From IMG/VR virus record IMGVR_UViG_3300031957_002550, positions 1 to 46,636 of that record: a stretch of DNA of 46,636 bases; one strand, given 5' to 3'. This DNA is from a virus (taxonomy: Duplodnaviria > Caudoviricetes). Positions 33,847-44,700 of the stretch are shown piece after piece. Below the pieces are notes generated by a model. The model was not told the origin of the DNA and did no database searches. It worked only from the letters and a program-made list of their open reading frames with translations. Each line of letters opens with the position of its first letter. Position 1 is the stretch's first letter. The position numbers and the translations under genes were made by a program.

Positions 33847-36131
33847 TGGCTGCCTCCATCTCATCTGTCAGCTCTGTGGTCACATTCACCGGGGACAGCG
33901 GCGAGTACGCCATTGCGCGGTCGACCGTCACCACGACCGCCTCTGACGAGCTGGTCACATTCGAGTTCGAGGTTACGCGCAATGCGCTGGTCATGCGGGT
34001 CGGCTCTACGGCGGGCGGGCAGGAGATTGTATCGGATATTGCGTTTCTGCCCGGCAATCATGTGATTTCATTCACGCCGGATGTTGCCACCTACTATGTC
34101 GAGTTCCAGTTGCGCAGTGATGGCACGGCAACGCTGGAGGGCTTTGCGCGGGTCGCTGCGGGTGTGTTCGAGATCGAAAGCCCGTATGAGACGACTGACC
34201 TTCCCAGCGTGCGCTATGACCAGTCCCTGAATACTGTGTTCCTCGCAGGAGGCGGGAAAGAGATGCATGTCCTGCAAAGGCTGGGCGCGTATTCGTTCTC
34301 CCTGCGCCCCTACAAGCAATTCGATGGCCCGTTTGCTGCACTGAACCTGTCGACCACGACGATGACGCCAGACGGCAATACCGGCACAGTCACGATCACG
34401 TCTTCCACGCCAGCCTTCTCCACAACGGACGCGGGCTCCCTGATCCGCCTGACACATCCGGGCCAGTACGAGACAGGCACTTTCACGGGCGTTGACCAGG
34501 TGACTGATGCGATCCGTGTCACGGGCGTTGAGACGTCGCGTCAATTCCAGTTTGCCATTACCGGCACCTTCTCCGGAACCGTGCTGCTGGAGCGATCGAT
34601 CGGCAATGAGTACAGCTTCGAGACGGTTGCGAGCTATACAGCCGTCACGGGCCAGATCTATGATGACGATCTGGACAACCAGGTCATCTACTACCGGATG
34701 CGCATGAGCGCCTATACGAGCGGATCGGCTGAGGTTTCGCTAACCTATGGGCAAGGCGTGACCGATGGCATAGGCCGGATCGTCAGCGTTGCGGCGGACA
34801 ATGAGGTGACGGTCGACGTGATCGATGCATTCGGCAAGACAACAGCTACCACGCTCTGGCAGATGGGCGCATGGTCTGACACGCGGGGGCATCCTTCTGC
34901 TGTGGGCCTTTATGATGGACGTCTCTGGGCTGCGCGCTCCAATGAGTATTGGGGCTCCTATTCGGATGACTTCTCCAGCTTTGCGGTCGGGACACTCGAT
35001 GCGGATGCGATCAGCCGGACGTTTGGCGGTCGCATGTCGTCAGCCCGATGGCTGCGCGGGGCATCGCGCCTCGTGGCGGGCCTTGCCGGGTTCGAGGCAG
35101 AGATTGCGTCCGGCGCACTGGACGAGGTGATCTCGCCGGCCAATGTTCGCTCACGTGCGGTGCAGGATCGCGGTGTGGCTGCGTCTGATCCGGTCCTGAA
35201 GGGCGATGGCGTGGCTTATATCTCCCGCTCCAGAGAGCGCCTGTATCACATACTGCCAAGCGAATACGGCGGTATGCAAGCGCGTGACCTGACCCGCCTG
35301 AACCGGGACATTGCCGGCTCTGGCGGGTTCAAGCAGATCGACGTGCAGCGTGAGCCTGAACCGCGCATCTGGGCTGTCCGCAATGACGGGCAGGTTGGCG
35401 TGTGCGTCTATGACGAGGATGAGCAGGTCATGGCCTGGTGCCGGATGCTGGTCGATGGCTATGTTGAAAGCGTCTGCTGCCTGCCGGGCACGCCGGAAGA
35501 TGAGGTGTATTTCGTCATCAAGCGCACGGTCGATGGTGGCACGGTACGTTATATCGAGAAGCTGGCGCCGGAAGCATGGGATACTGTCACTGAGGCAAAC
35601 AGGCTTCATTGCTCACTCACCTATAACGGCGCATCCACGACAAGCCTGTCAGGGCTGGACCATCTCGAAGGCAGGGATGATGTCTATGTCTGGGGAGATG
35701 GCAGGTTGCAGGGACCGTTCACGGTCGCAAGCGGGGCCATCACGCTGAACGTGGCGGTCGAATATGCCATCATCGGCCTGCTCTATGAGGGCAAGTACAA
35801 GTCTGGCCGCCTGAACTGGGGAACGGAATCGGGCTCCGGCCTTGCCAGCTTCAAACAACTCGAAAAGCTCGGCATGGTCCTGAAGGACACAGCGGGCGGG
35901 TGCCTGCGCTGGGGCGACACATTCGACACGGATGAGATGAGCCGGCTGGATGACCTCCAGCCTGAAGAGACTCTTGTGTTCGATGGTCCGGTCCAGCTCT
36001 GGAACGAAGACGTCACCGAGCCGCTGGAGAGTTCCACGACGCGCGACACGCGGCTCTGCGTCACGATGCCGGGCGCCGGGCCTGCCACAGTGCTTGGATT
36101 GGCTCCAACCCTGAAGACGAACAATGGCTGA
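33846..36131 (+). CDS. Tail tubular protein B (nozzle), main part
   Basis: SPYETTDL...YDQS, GAWSDTRGHPSAV, WAVRNDG, MAWCR, RYIEKL; TGATG overlap. Confidence 0.85.
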   Translation: MAASISSVSSVVTFTGDSGEYAIARSTVTTTASDELVTFEFEVTRNALVMRVGSTAGGQEIVSDIAFLPGNHVISFTPDVATYYVEFQLRSDGTATLEGFARVAAGVFEIESPYETTDLPSVRYDQSLNTVFLAGGGKEMHVLQRLGAYSFSLRPYKQFDGPFAALNLSTTTMTPDGNTGTVTITSSTPAFSTTDAGSLIRLTHPGQYETGTFTGVDQVTDAIRVTGVETSRQFQFAITGTFSGTVLLERSIGNEYSFETVASYTAVTGQIYDDDLDNQVIYYRMRMSAYTSGSAEVSLTYGQGVTDGIGRIVSVAADNEVTVDVIDAFGKTTATTLWQMGAWSDTRGHPSAVGLYDGRLWAARSNEYWGSYSDDFSSFAVGTLDADAISRTFGGRMSSARWLRGASRLVAGLAGFEAEIASGALDEVISPANVRSRAVQDRGVAASDPVLKGDGVAYISRSRERLYHILPSEYGGMQARDLTRLNRDIAGSGGFKQIDVQREPEPRIWAVRNDGQVGVCVYDEDEQVMAWCRMLVDGYVESVCCLPGTPEDEVYFVIKRTVDGGTVRYIEKLAPEAWDTVTEANRLHCSLTYNGASTTSLSGLDHLEGRDDVYVWGDGRLQGPFTVASGAITLNVAVEYAIIGLLYEGKYKSGRLNWGTESGSGLASFKQLEKLGMVLKDTAGGCLRWGDTFDTDEMSRLDDLQPEETLVFDGPVQLWNEDVTEPLESSTTRDTRLCVTMPGAGPATVLGLAPTLKTNNG

Positions 36132-36603
36132 GTATGAGCCGCTTCGGCGGGAGCATTTTGAGGGCTGGGATGAGGCGCACAAGCATTGGGTGAGGGATGT
36201 TGACGAGGGCCATCTCGTTGGCTTTGCAGCGCGCGAAAAATCCGAAATCCTCTGTATTGGCGGGCTATATGCCAACCCTGATGACGGCAGGCTGTGGGCT
36301 GTGTTCAGCAGTCGGGGGCGTCCGCCACCCAGCGTTCACAAGATGGGGATTAAGATAGTCGAAGCAGCCCGAAACGCGGGGGCCAGTGAGATATGGGCAG
36401 AGCTTGATGATACCAAGCCACGCGCTCGTGAATGGCTTTTGAGGTTCGGGTTTGAGGAAACGGCGGAAGCCGGACCAATGACCCGATGGAGGCTCGATCT
36501 TGGCAGACCCGGTATCACTCACCCTGATGGCAGCGGGCACGGCGATGACAGCCTACGGTCAGGTGTCGGAAGGCGCGCAAGCCGCCCAAGCGGGGAAGGA
36601 TAA
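36124..36603 (+). CDS. Putative internal virion protein A / GNAT-like (T7 gp13 position)
   Basis: AREWLLRFGF; position. Confidence 0.6.
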   Translation: MAEYEPLRREHFEGWDEAHKHWVRDVDEGHLVGFAAREKSEILCIGGLYANPDDGRLWAVFSSRGRPPPSVHKMGIKIVEAARNAGASEIWAELDDTKPRAREWLLRFGFEETAEAGPMTRWRLDLGRPGITHPDGSGHGDDSLRSGVGRRASRPSGEG

Positions 36604-37015
36604 CCGCACCGCAACCTATGCGGAGGCGGAGTATCAGGACCAGCAAGCCGAACAGGAAATCGCGGCCGCCTCGGTCAACAATGCCCGCATTGCCAAGCGC
36701 ATGAAGGAAATCCTGTCGACCGGCACTGCAAATGCTGCAGCGGGTGGGCAGAGTTCTTCCGATGCCACCAGCGTGGCGTTCCAGGTCGAGAACCAGAAGA
36801 CCTCCATTCTTGAGCAGATGCGCGAAATGGCGGGCGCCACAGAGACCGCCAACCAGATCCGGTACGGAGCCGATGTGACCCGCCGTGAAGGCGATATGGC
36901 CTATGCTGAAGGGCAGGCTGCCAAGCGCGCCGCAAACCTTGCCGCTGTCGGAACCGTCATCAAGGGCGGCGCCAGCTGGTATGACAAGTTCGGCACGAAC
37001 AGCAAGGACGGTTGA
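36500..37015 (+). CDS. Ejection protein (T7 gp14-like)
   Basis: Ala/Gly/Gln-rich with hydrophobic N-terminus; SD GGAGG. Confidence 0.7.
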   Translation: MADPVSLTLMAAGTAMTAYGQVSEGAQAAQAGKDNRTATYAEAEYQDQQAEQEIAAASVNNARIAKRMKEILSTGTANAAAGGQSSSDATSVAFQVENQKTSILEQMREMAGATETANQIRYGADVTRREGDMAYAEGQAAKRAANLAAVGTVIKGGASWYDKFGTNSKDG

Positions 37016-37018
37016 TCT

Positions 37019-38752
37019 ATGCCTCGGATGCCATCAGACCGCATCGAAGGTCAGGTCAGCAATAATGTTCGCCCTACACGCCTGACACGCGCAAGCGGTG
37101 CTGCACCTGAAGCCCGCGCCCTACAGCAAGTGGGCGGCGTTGTTCAGGAAATGGGCGACCGTATCCGCACAGCCAATATCCAGGCTGAGGTGGTCGATGC
37201 GCAATTCTCCCTGCGTGACGAACTGGATCAAGCCTATCGCGAGCTTGAGCGTGACATGGAAGGCGACCCTGCCGAGTTCGAGCAGCGTATGCGCACCAAG
37301 TCGAAGGAGATCGTCTCCAAGGTGGGCGGCAACATGTCATCTCCCATGCATAAGCGCTTGTGGGAGCAGGCGTCGCAAAGGGATGTCGAGAGCTTCGCCA
37401 TCCAGTCGCGTGACCTCACCTACAAGCGCCAGATCGACGGGGCGAAGGCCAAGACGATCGAGGCCGGCACAAAGTATGAGGCGGTTGTCAAGGACCCGTC
37501 CAAGAGCCGTGACCAGCTTGAGCAGGGCTATACCGATTTCAAGGGGCTCGTGGATGCCCAGCTGGAGGCCGGGCTCTACACACAGACCGAGGCTGCCCAG
37601 CTGAAGGCGCAAGCGGAAGTCAATTTCAAGAGCGGGGTTTCGCTGCGCCATGTGAGCGAGATCGATCATCGCATGGATGCGGGGGATTTTGCCTCTGCGG
37701 AAGAATACTTCAAGACGAACTATGGTGAGATCGACCCGGCCCGGCGTGAGCAGATCGAGAGCGCGATCGAGGTGAAGGGCGTTGAGCAGAAGGCTGTCCA
37801 GCGGGCTGATGCGTTCATGGTCGATGCGGCGGGCGATTACGGCAAGGCGCTGGAGAAGGCCCGCAAGGTCAAGGATGTCGACCTGCGCCTGAAGATCGAG
37901 TCGCGCCTGACCACGATGAAGGGCCAGGATGAGCAGGCAGATGCGCTTGAACAGAAGGACGTCAAGGAAGGCTTGCTCGATCACGTCATCAGTGGCGGCT
38001 CGCTTGCGTCTGCGCCGGCTGACCTTGTGCGCCGCGCCGATGCATTCACACTGGACTATATCCAGCAAGAGCAGCGCCAACGTCAGGTATGGGCGCAGCA
38101 GATGTCGACCTTGACCGCGCAAGAGCGTGCGGCCGTTACCCAGATGAGCGCGATCGGCAAGGACCATTTGCAGGGATTCCGCGCTCTGGAGCCTGAAGTC
38201 TACATGATGGGGCCGGAGTATTGGAAGACTGAAGCGCCACACCTGCATGAAGCCTACCAGCTGCTGAAGCCTGAGCATCGTTCTGAAATCGTGATGGACA
38301 TCCGCAAACGTCAGGCGACCGGCAACACGGTCGACACGACGGATAGCGTGTTCAAGGATCTGATCGCGCAAGTGCCGATGCTGGGGCCTGAGAACCGCAA
38401 GGGCAAGGACTTCTCCAAGGGCTCTGATGGCAAAGGGTCCAAGCGCACCTATTCCAAGGAAGAGGCGGCTGTTCGGGCTTCCCTGTACCAGCAGGCGCAA
38501 GAGCACGCCAAGCGCACGGGCGGGGCAGACATCACGCCACAGGAATCGCGCGTCATGATTGCGCGGGCCTTCCGTGAGTTCGATGCGCGCCGGTATCCGT
38601 ATGATGAGCCTGGTCGGTTCGTCGGGGAATTGAGTGGGGCGGTGATGACCTCCCCTGCATACCTGACCACGCAAGACTTCCTGCGGGAGAAGCTGGATCG
38701 TGAGCCCACACCTGATGAGGTGCTGAAGGCCATGTCGGAACTGGAAGAATAA
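37019..38752 (+). CDS. Ejection protein (T7 gp15-like position)
   Basis: Helical 577-aa protein between the gp14-like and giant genes. Confidence 0.7.
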   Translation: MPRMPSDRIEGQVSNNVRPTRLTRASGAAPEARALQQVGGVVQEMGDRIRTANIQAEVVDAQFSLRDELDQAYRELERDMEGDPAEFEQRMRTKSKEIVSKVGGNMSSPMHKRLWEQASQRDVESFAIQSRDLTYKRQIDGAKAKTIEAGTKYEAVVKDPSKSRDQLEQGYTDFKGLVDAQLEAGLYTQTEAAQLKAQAEVNFKSGVSLRHVSEIDHRMDAGDFASAEEYFKTNYGEIDPARREQIESAIEVKGVEQKAVQRADAFMVDAAGDYGKALEKARKVKDVDLRLKIESRLTTMKGQDEQADALEQKDVKEGLLDHVISGGSLASAPADLVRRADAFTLDYIQQEQRQRQVWAQQMSTLTAQERAAVTQMSAIGKDHLQGFRALEPEVYMMGPEYWKTEAPHLHEAYQLLKPEHRSEIVMDIRKRQATGNTVDTTDSVFKDLIAQVPMLGPENRKGKDFSKGSDGKGSKRTYSKEEAAVRASLYQQAQEHAKRTGGADITPQESRVMIARAFREFDARRYPYDEPGRFVGELSGAVMTSPAYLTTQDFLREKLDREPTPDEVLKAMSELEE

Positions 38753-41700
38753 TGGCGGACGGTGATTTCATTCTCTCTGAAGAGGATCGCGCGAAACTTC
38801 GGGAGCGTATGGGGCAGGTTGAGGATACCCGCCGCGACCTGACAGACCAGCGCAATGCGATTGTCGAGACCGATAGTCCTGACGATGCCGCCTATGACCT
38901 GAAGCGCTCGAAGGAATTAGGGATTCCGCGCGCGGCTGTCGGCGGTGACCGAGATGGCCACAAGGCCCAGCAGCAATTCGAGGAATTGAACCGTCTCGCT
39001 GAAGAGGCGCCAAAGTCCCGCCGATGGCTTGCTGAGCCGGACAATTACGCCATCGCCCGTGACGAGGTGAAAGACATCTCCCTGATGGAGAAGCTGATGG
39101 CTGCGGGCTCGTCGGTGATGTACTGGGGCGCGAGCGATTTTGGCGAAGCACTGCCGGATGTTGCCAAGGCATCGCCCGCCAAGTTCAAACAGCAATATTA
39201 CGGCACGCTCCAGCAGCAGCAGGAAATGGCCGGCGCATACCAGCGCGAACTGGATGCATGGAAAGCGCGTCGCAAGCCGATATTCTCTGATGGTCAGGTG
39301 GATATTGGCGCATTCAATGCACGCCTGTTTGGCCAGCAGAAGAAGCCAGAAGCCCCGCTCGCCCTGAAGATGGTCGGCCTTGGCGCCGATGACAGCTATT
39401 CCGAACTCGGCCGTAAGGCGGCTATGGGCCTGCTGGACAAGGATGCGCAGCAAAGCGCGTATCAGGCACGCAAGGCTCTGGAAGAGTTCCAGGCCAAGAT
39501 GCCAAGGACTGGCGACTTCGTGACGGACTCTGCGCTGTCTGGCGTTTCGTCCCTCATCAACATGCTCCCCATGATCGGCATGGCCATCGCCACCAAGAGC
39601 CCGAATGCGCCGTCCGTCCTGATGGGCGGGCAAGTGCAGGGCGAAAGCTATGCCCGCGCCCGTGAGGAGGGCCTGAGCCCACTGGAGGCAGATCAGTATG
39701 CGGGGAGCCAAGCGGCCATCGAGGTTGCGATGGAGCGCGTCGGGCTTGGCGTGATCTTCAAGAATCTGGAAGACGGTGCGCCATTGGTACGCCAGTTTCT
39801 GGAAGGCCAGACCACAGAGCAGGTGCAGGAACAGATCACGACGGTCTTGCAGGATTTTGTCGACTGGCAGACCTTCAACCCGGAGAAGACGATTGCCGAG
39901 TTCGCGGCAGAGCGTCCGGAGGCAGCTGCGCAAACAGCCATCGCCACACTGGTAGCCTCTGGCGCCATGCAAGGGTCCATCATTGGGGCAGACGCCCTGA
40001 TGACCAGCGAGAGCGATCGGCAGGCCCGCGTAAAGAACACAGAGGCCCAACAGCGCGTCTCGAAGATATTCGATGCAGCAAACAGGCTGAAGACGCTCCA
40101 GCGCTCTCCTGAAGCCGCTGTGAGCCTTCTGGATGAGATTACCGGTGACACGGATGTGGAAACCGTCACGATTGACCTGGATGGCATCGGGCCTGCGCTG
40201 GAAGAAGCGGGCATTGATCCGCTGGAGGCCCTGACAGGATTGGGTCTCGATGATGCGGCCCTGAAGCAAGCCTATGACCTTGGGGGCGAGATCGAGGTAC
40301 GCACATCTGCGCTGCTGACTTCTCCCCTGATGCGGGACAATCGCGCCCAGATCGAGCCGCATGTCCGGCACAATGCCGATGAGTACACGCCCGCCAAGCG
40401 GGAAGCGGCTGAGGCAGAGCTTGAAACGGAAATCCAGAACATTGTTGCGGAAGGCCGCAAGGGGCTGGAAGACGCCGGATCCTCAATGGAAGCTGACGAT
40501 CAGGTGCGCGATCTGGTCACGCAACGGCTCCAGCAAGGCGGGGCAGAGTATGCCCAGCAAGATGTGGCCAATGCCGAGATCGAACTGATGACGGCGATGA
40601 ACAACACGCTGGCCCGCGCCCTTGGCCGCGATCCGGTCGAGTTCTTCAATGAGCGGTTCCCTGATGTGAAGGCATCACTGAGTGAGGAGCAAGGCGCTGA
40701 AGTCCTCCAGCAAGCCCAGACCAACGGCTATGAAGGGCAAGACCTTGAAGGCGCGCAAGAGTGGGAAGCTGCTCGTGCCAAGGGGCTGGACATGTCGCCG
40801 GAAGGGCGGATGACCCGCGCACAGGAAATGGGGTTCGATACGGATACGGTACTGTACCATGGGACGACCGCCAGCTTTGATGAGTTTAGCGCTGACGGAA
40901 ATCATGAAAACCATCACGGCGCTGGGATGTATTTCACGTCTTCCGAATTAGATGTCGCTAATAATTACGCGGGTATGGGGCCGGACCTTACGAACAAAAT
41001 CGAACGTGAAGCGGAGAGGTTGGCGGGCGAAACTGACCGTGAATACGACGACCCTGATGTGATTGCCGAGGCAAGACAGAAGTGGGTTCGCCATGACGGC
41101 GCGACAATGCCTGTATTTGTCCGTGTGAGAAATCCGGTCATTGTAAACGGCCAGTTGCCAGGTTTGTCTGATCGCGTCAGCAGGCAGCACGCCCCAAAAA
41201 GCACTTTTTGGGAAATGACCCATCCTTATGACGAGGAATTGGATGAGTATGGGGAGCCGGAAGGCCCCGCTGTGGATTTGATTGAGGCGGTACGAAACAG
41301 GCTTAATGATATAAGCTTCGAGCGCGCTGACGAGTTTGCGTCTGCGCTGTACGGGATGGCCATCGAAAACGAGGGACTGAGCGCTGACGAGTTTGAAAAG
41401 TCCACAAGGGATAGCGAACTATATCTCTTCGAGTACGATTATTCCGTTGGCCAGTTGATGCGGGATGTTTATCGCGATCTCGGCCATGATGGTATCGTGC
41501 TGAATAATGCAGAGCGTCAGTTTTCAAGCATGGGGATGAACCCAGACACGACGCACACCGTTGTCTTCGACCCCGCCAACATCCGCTCAGTCAACGCAGC
41601 CTTTGATCCTGACATGTCGGATAGTGCAAACCTGCTGAACCAGCTCATCGGCCCGAAGGCCAAAGGCGCAGATCAGGCGATCCTCTCCGAAGCCCAGAAG

Positions 41701-44700
41701 ATGGCGAAGGCAACCGTCAAGACTGGCGGGGTGTTCAGCAAGCGCAAGCCGAAATACACCCGCCAGCAAATCTGGGACAAGACGGCCGAGATGGGTCAGC
41801 CTTGGTATCAGGACAAGAACGGCGACTGGATCAGTGAGATCGAGGACGGCGCGGTCGTTGTCAATTCAGAAAAAGGCAAGGTCTCTGAGGTCATCGAGTA
41901 CCCAGCGCTTTACGAGCAGTATCCTGAGATTGGGAAGCAACGGGCCGATGCGCGTCCTGGCGTCGATGTCATGGAAGACACTGGCGATGCGGATATTCCC
42001 GGCGCACGGGGCAGCTATGAGGCTGACCCTGTGTTCTGGCGTCCGCACGTTCGCATCTCAACGCAAAGCGATGTGGTTGCGCCATACACTGCCGTTCACG
42101 AGCTTCAGCACGCCATTGACCACATAGAGAAGCGCAAGATGGGCAAGCGCTCTGATGGCTATGCCCTGATGCCGACAGAGCGCAGGGCCTTCAATACCAT
42201 GTACCGCAAGGACTGGACGATGGAGGAGCGCATTGCGGTTCCCCCGTGGAAGACAGAGCAAGAGGCGATTGACTGGTTCCTTGGTGGACGCGCGATCGGC
42301 GTGGCGCCTGCGAAGTATGCCAAGGACGGGCTGTATGATCCATTCCCCGTGTTCCGTGAGCCGAAGCCAAAAGAACAGGCATGGCGTGAAGGGGAGGACA
42401 CTGGCGCGAATATTCCGGCAGATCGGCAGTCCCGGTCCCGTGAACTGGAAGCACGCGGGGAGCGTCAGCCAAGTGGCGGGTACAGTCCCTATGTGGCGGA
42501 CACGCGAGACATTGCAGGGCGCACTTTCCTGACTCGCAAGGAAGCCGAGCGCAATATTGCTGTGCTTGCGGAGTCGGGCAAACTGCCGCCGCCTGCTGGC
42601 GGGGCCATGACGGTCGAGGAAATGCTTGACCCGCAAAACATGGTCAACCTTGATGCGCCATACAGCGAGCAGCCCCAGAAAGTGCAAACCGCTTTGCGCG
42701 CATTGTGGGACATGGAGGCATCACGCCTTGGCGCTGACTATTCGGTCGGCTGGGACAATGCGTGGATACGCGAGCGCATAGGCGATCCGGCAAACCTGTC
42801 CGGTGCGGATATGATGCGAGAAATCGCAGGCTTCCGCGTCAATGAAGATGGTGGCGGCCAGATTGATTGGGTGTTCAAGAACCTGCGTGATCGCGGCATC
42901 ATGGCCGGCACATACATTCCGGGCGGCAAGCGCGCTGAGAGCGAGGAAGGCCCGCCACAGTTTGAAAGCATCATGCTGTTCGATGAGACGCTGGCCCCGC
43001 ATCCGACTGATGCCGAGGGCAACCTCATGCAACAGGCCCGAGGCACATTCTCCCCGACCCGCAATCTCGTCACCCTGTTCGACCAGCGCAATGCATCGAC
43101 CTTGATGCACGAACTGTCCCACTGGTATCTGACTGAACTGCACAATATGGCCACGGCTGAAAATGCTCCGGCCTTCGTGAAGAAACAATATGAGGAAGTC
43201 CTGCGCTGGGCACGGGTGCCTTATGATTTCCAGATGTTCGATGAAAACGGCGTCATCACCGATCAGGGGCGGGAGGTGCAGGAGTCGTTCGCAGAAACCT
43301 TCGAGGCATACCTGCGCGACGGCAAGGCCCCTACGGCTGCCCTGCGTGATGCGTTCCGTGTATTCAAGCGCTGGATCACGTCGATCTATCGCCGCCTGAC
43401 CGGACTGGAGCGGGCAAACCTGACGCCGGAAATCCGCTCCGTCATGGATCGCATGGTGGCATCAGAAGACGCGATCAAGGCAGCATCCAAGCCGGTCGAG
43501 ACGCTGGCAGACCAGCAAGCCAAGGCGATGCTGGATGCAGGCATCATCACTGAGAAGCAATACGACAATTTCCGCAAGCGCATCGAGAGCGCGCGGGAAA
43601 GCGCCAAGGAAGACTTGCTCCAGGTGCTCATGCAGCAGCACTTGCGTGAGAGTGAAGGCTGGTGGCGTGATGAGCGCAAGCGCGTGAAGGGCGACCTGAC
43701 GCGGGAGTTCGACCGCTCGCAGGTTGGCCGCGCATGGAACTGGCTGGCGGGCCAGGGCTGGAAGGGCGATGTGCCGGAGAGTGAGTACGTTGGGGAAGGT
43801 GAGTTCTATCAGGATGGGGGTGGGCTCAAACCGCAGCTTTCGCTCGAAGAGCTATACCGCAGTATAGCCCTTACGCCAGGAACTGCTAACGGAAAGAGCC
43901 CGCTTTTTGATAGCGTTGTGGCGGCTGGCCGTCAAGCGGCGAGCGATACCGCAAAAACCACTTATGGCTCGAAAGACGGAATCCCCTCGGAGGGTGATCT
44001 TCTGGATGAGGCGGGGATTGAGCATGATGATGGGTTCATTGAGGAACCGGTTCCGCTTACGCCCATCTTGGCCCTGGCCCTGAAGGATTTAGGGGTCGTT
44101 GAGATTACAGTTGAGGAGTATGCCTCCATCGATCCGGATGGGTATGCCAAGCATTTCGGTGGACTGGATGCTTCGTGGTCTCGTTTGACGAGAGCTGATC
44201 TCAGGATGGAGTTCAATGACTATGCGATTGATCAGGTTTTGTCTGAGGGGGAAACCGATGAGTTTGCTTATGTTAGGATGGATTCCGGGGTGGTGGAGCG
44301 TATTACCCGTTCCGCTCTGTCAGAAATAAAGTCTCTGGAAGATGTTTTCGAGCACCCTAACCACCATGTCAGGGCGGCAGCATTTCGCGCCCTTCTGGAC
44401 GAGTTGGGCGTAAAATACGGAACCGCTGGATATGAGGGCGTCAATAGCGAATACGTATTCGCGGAGGGCGCAAATCAGGACGAAATAAAGATCCGATTTT
44501 CGGATCACGAGAGGCAATCGCGCCTGCACACGCCTGCGGACTATAACTTCGCGAATAGCAAGTTTCCCGTGACAGACTACCTGCGCGTTGCGGATGATCT
44601 TGCGGCTGCCCAAGTGGTGGGCGGCGAGCTCTATCAGCTGACCCCTGAGCGGATTGATGAGGCCAAGGCCCGCATGGAGCGGGCTGAGCGCCAAGGTTTC

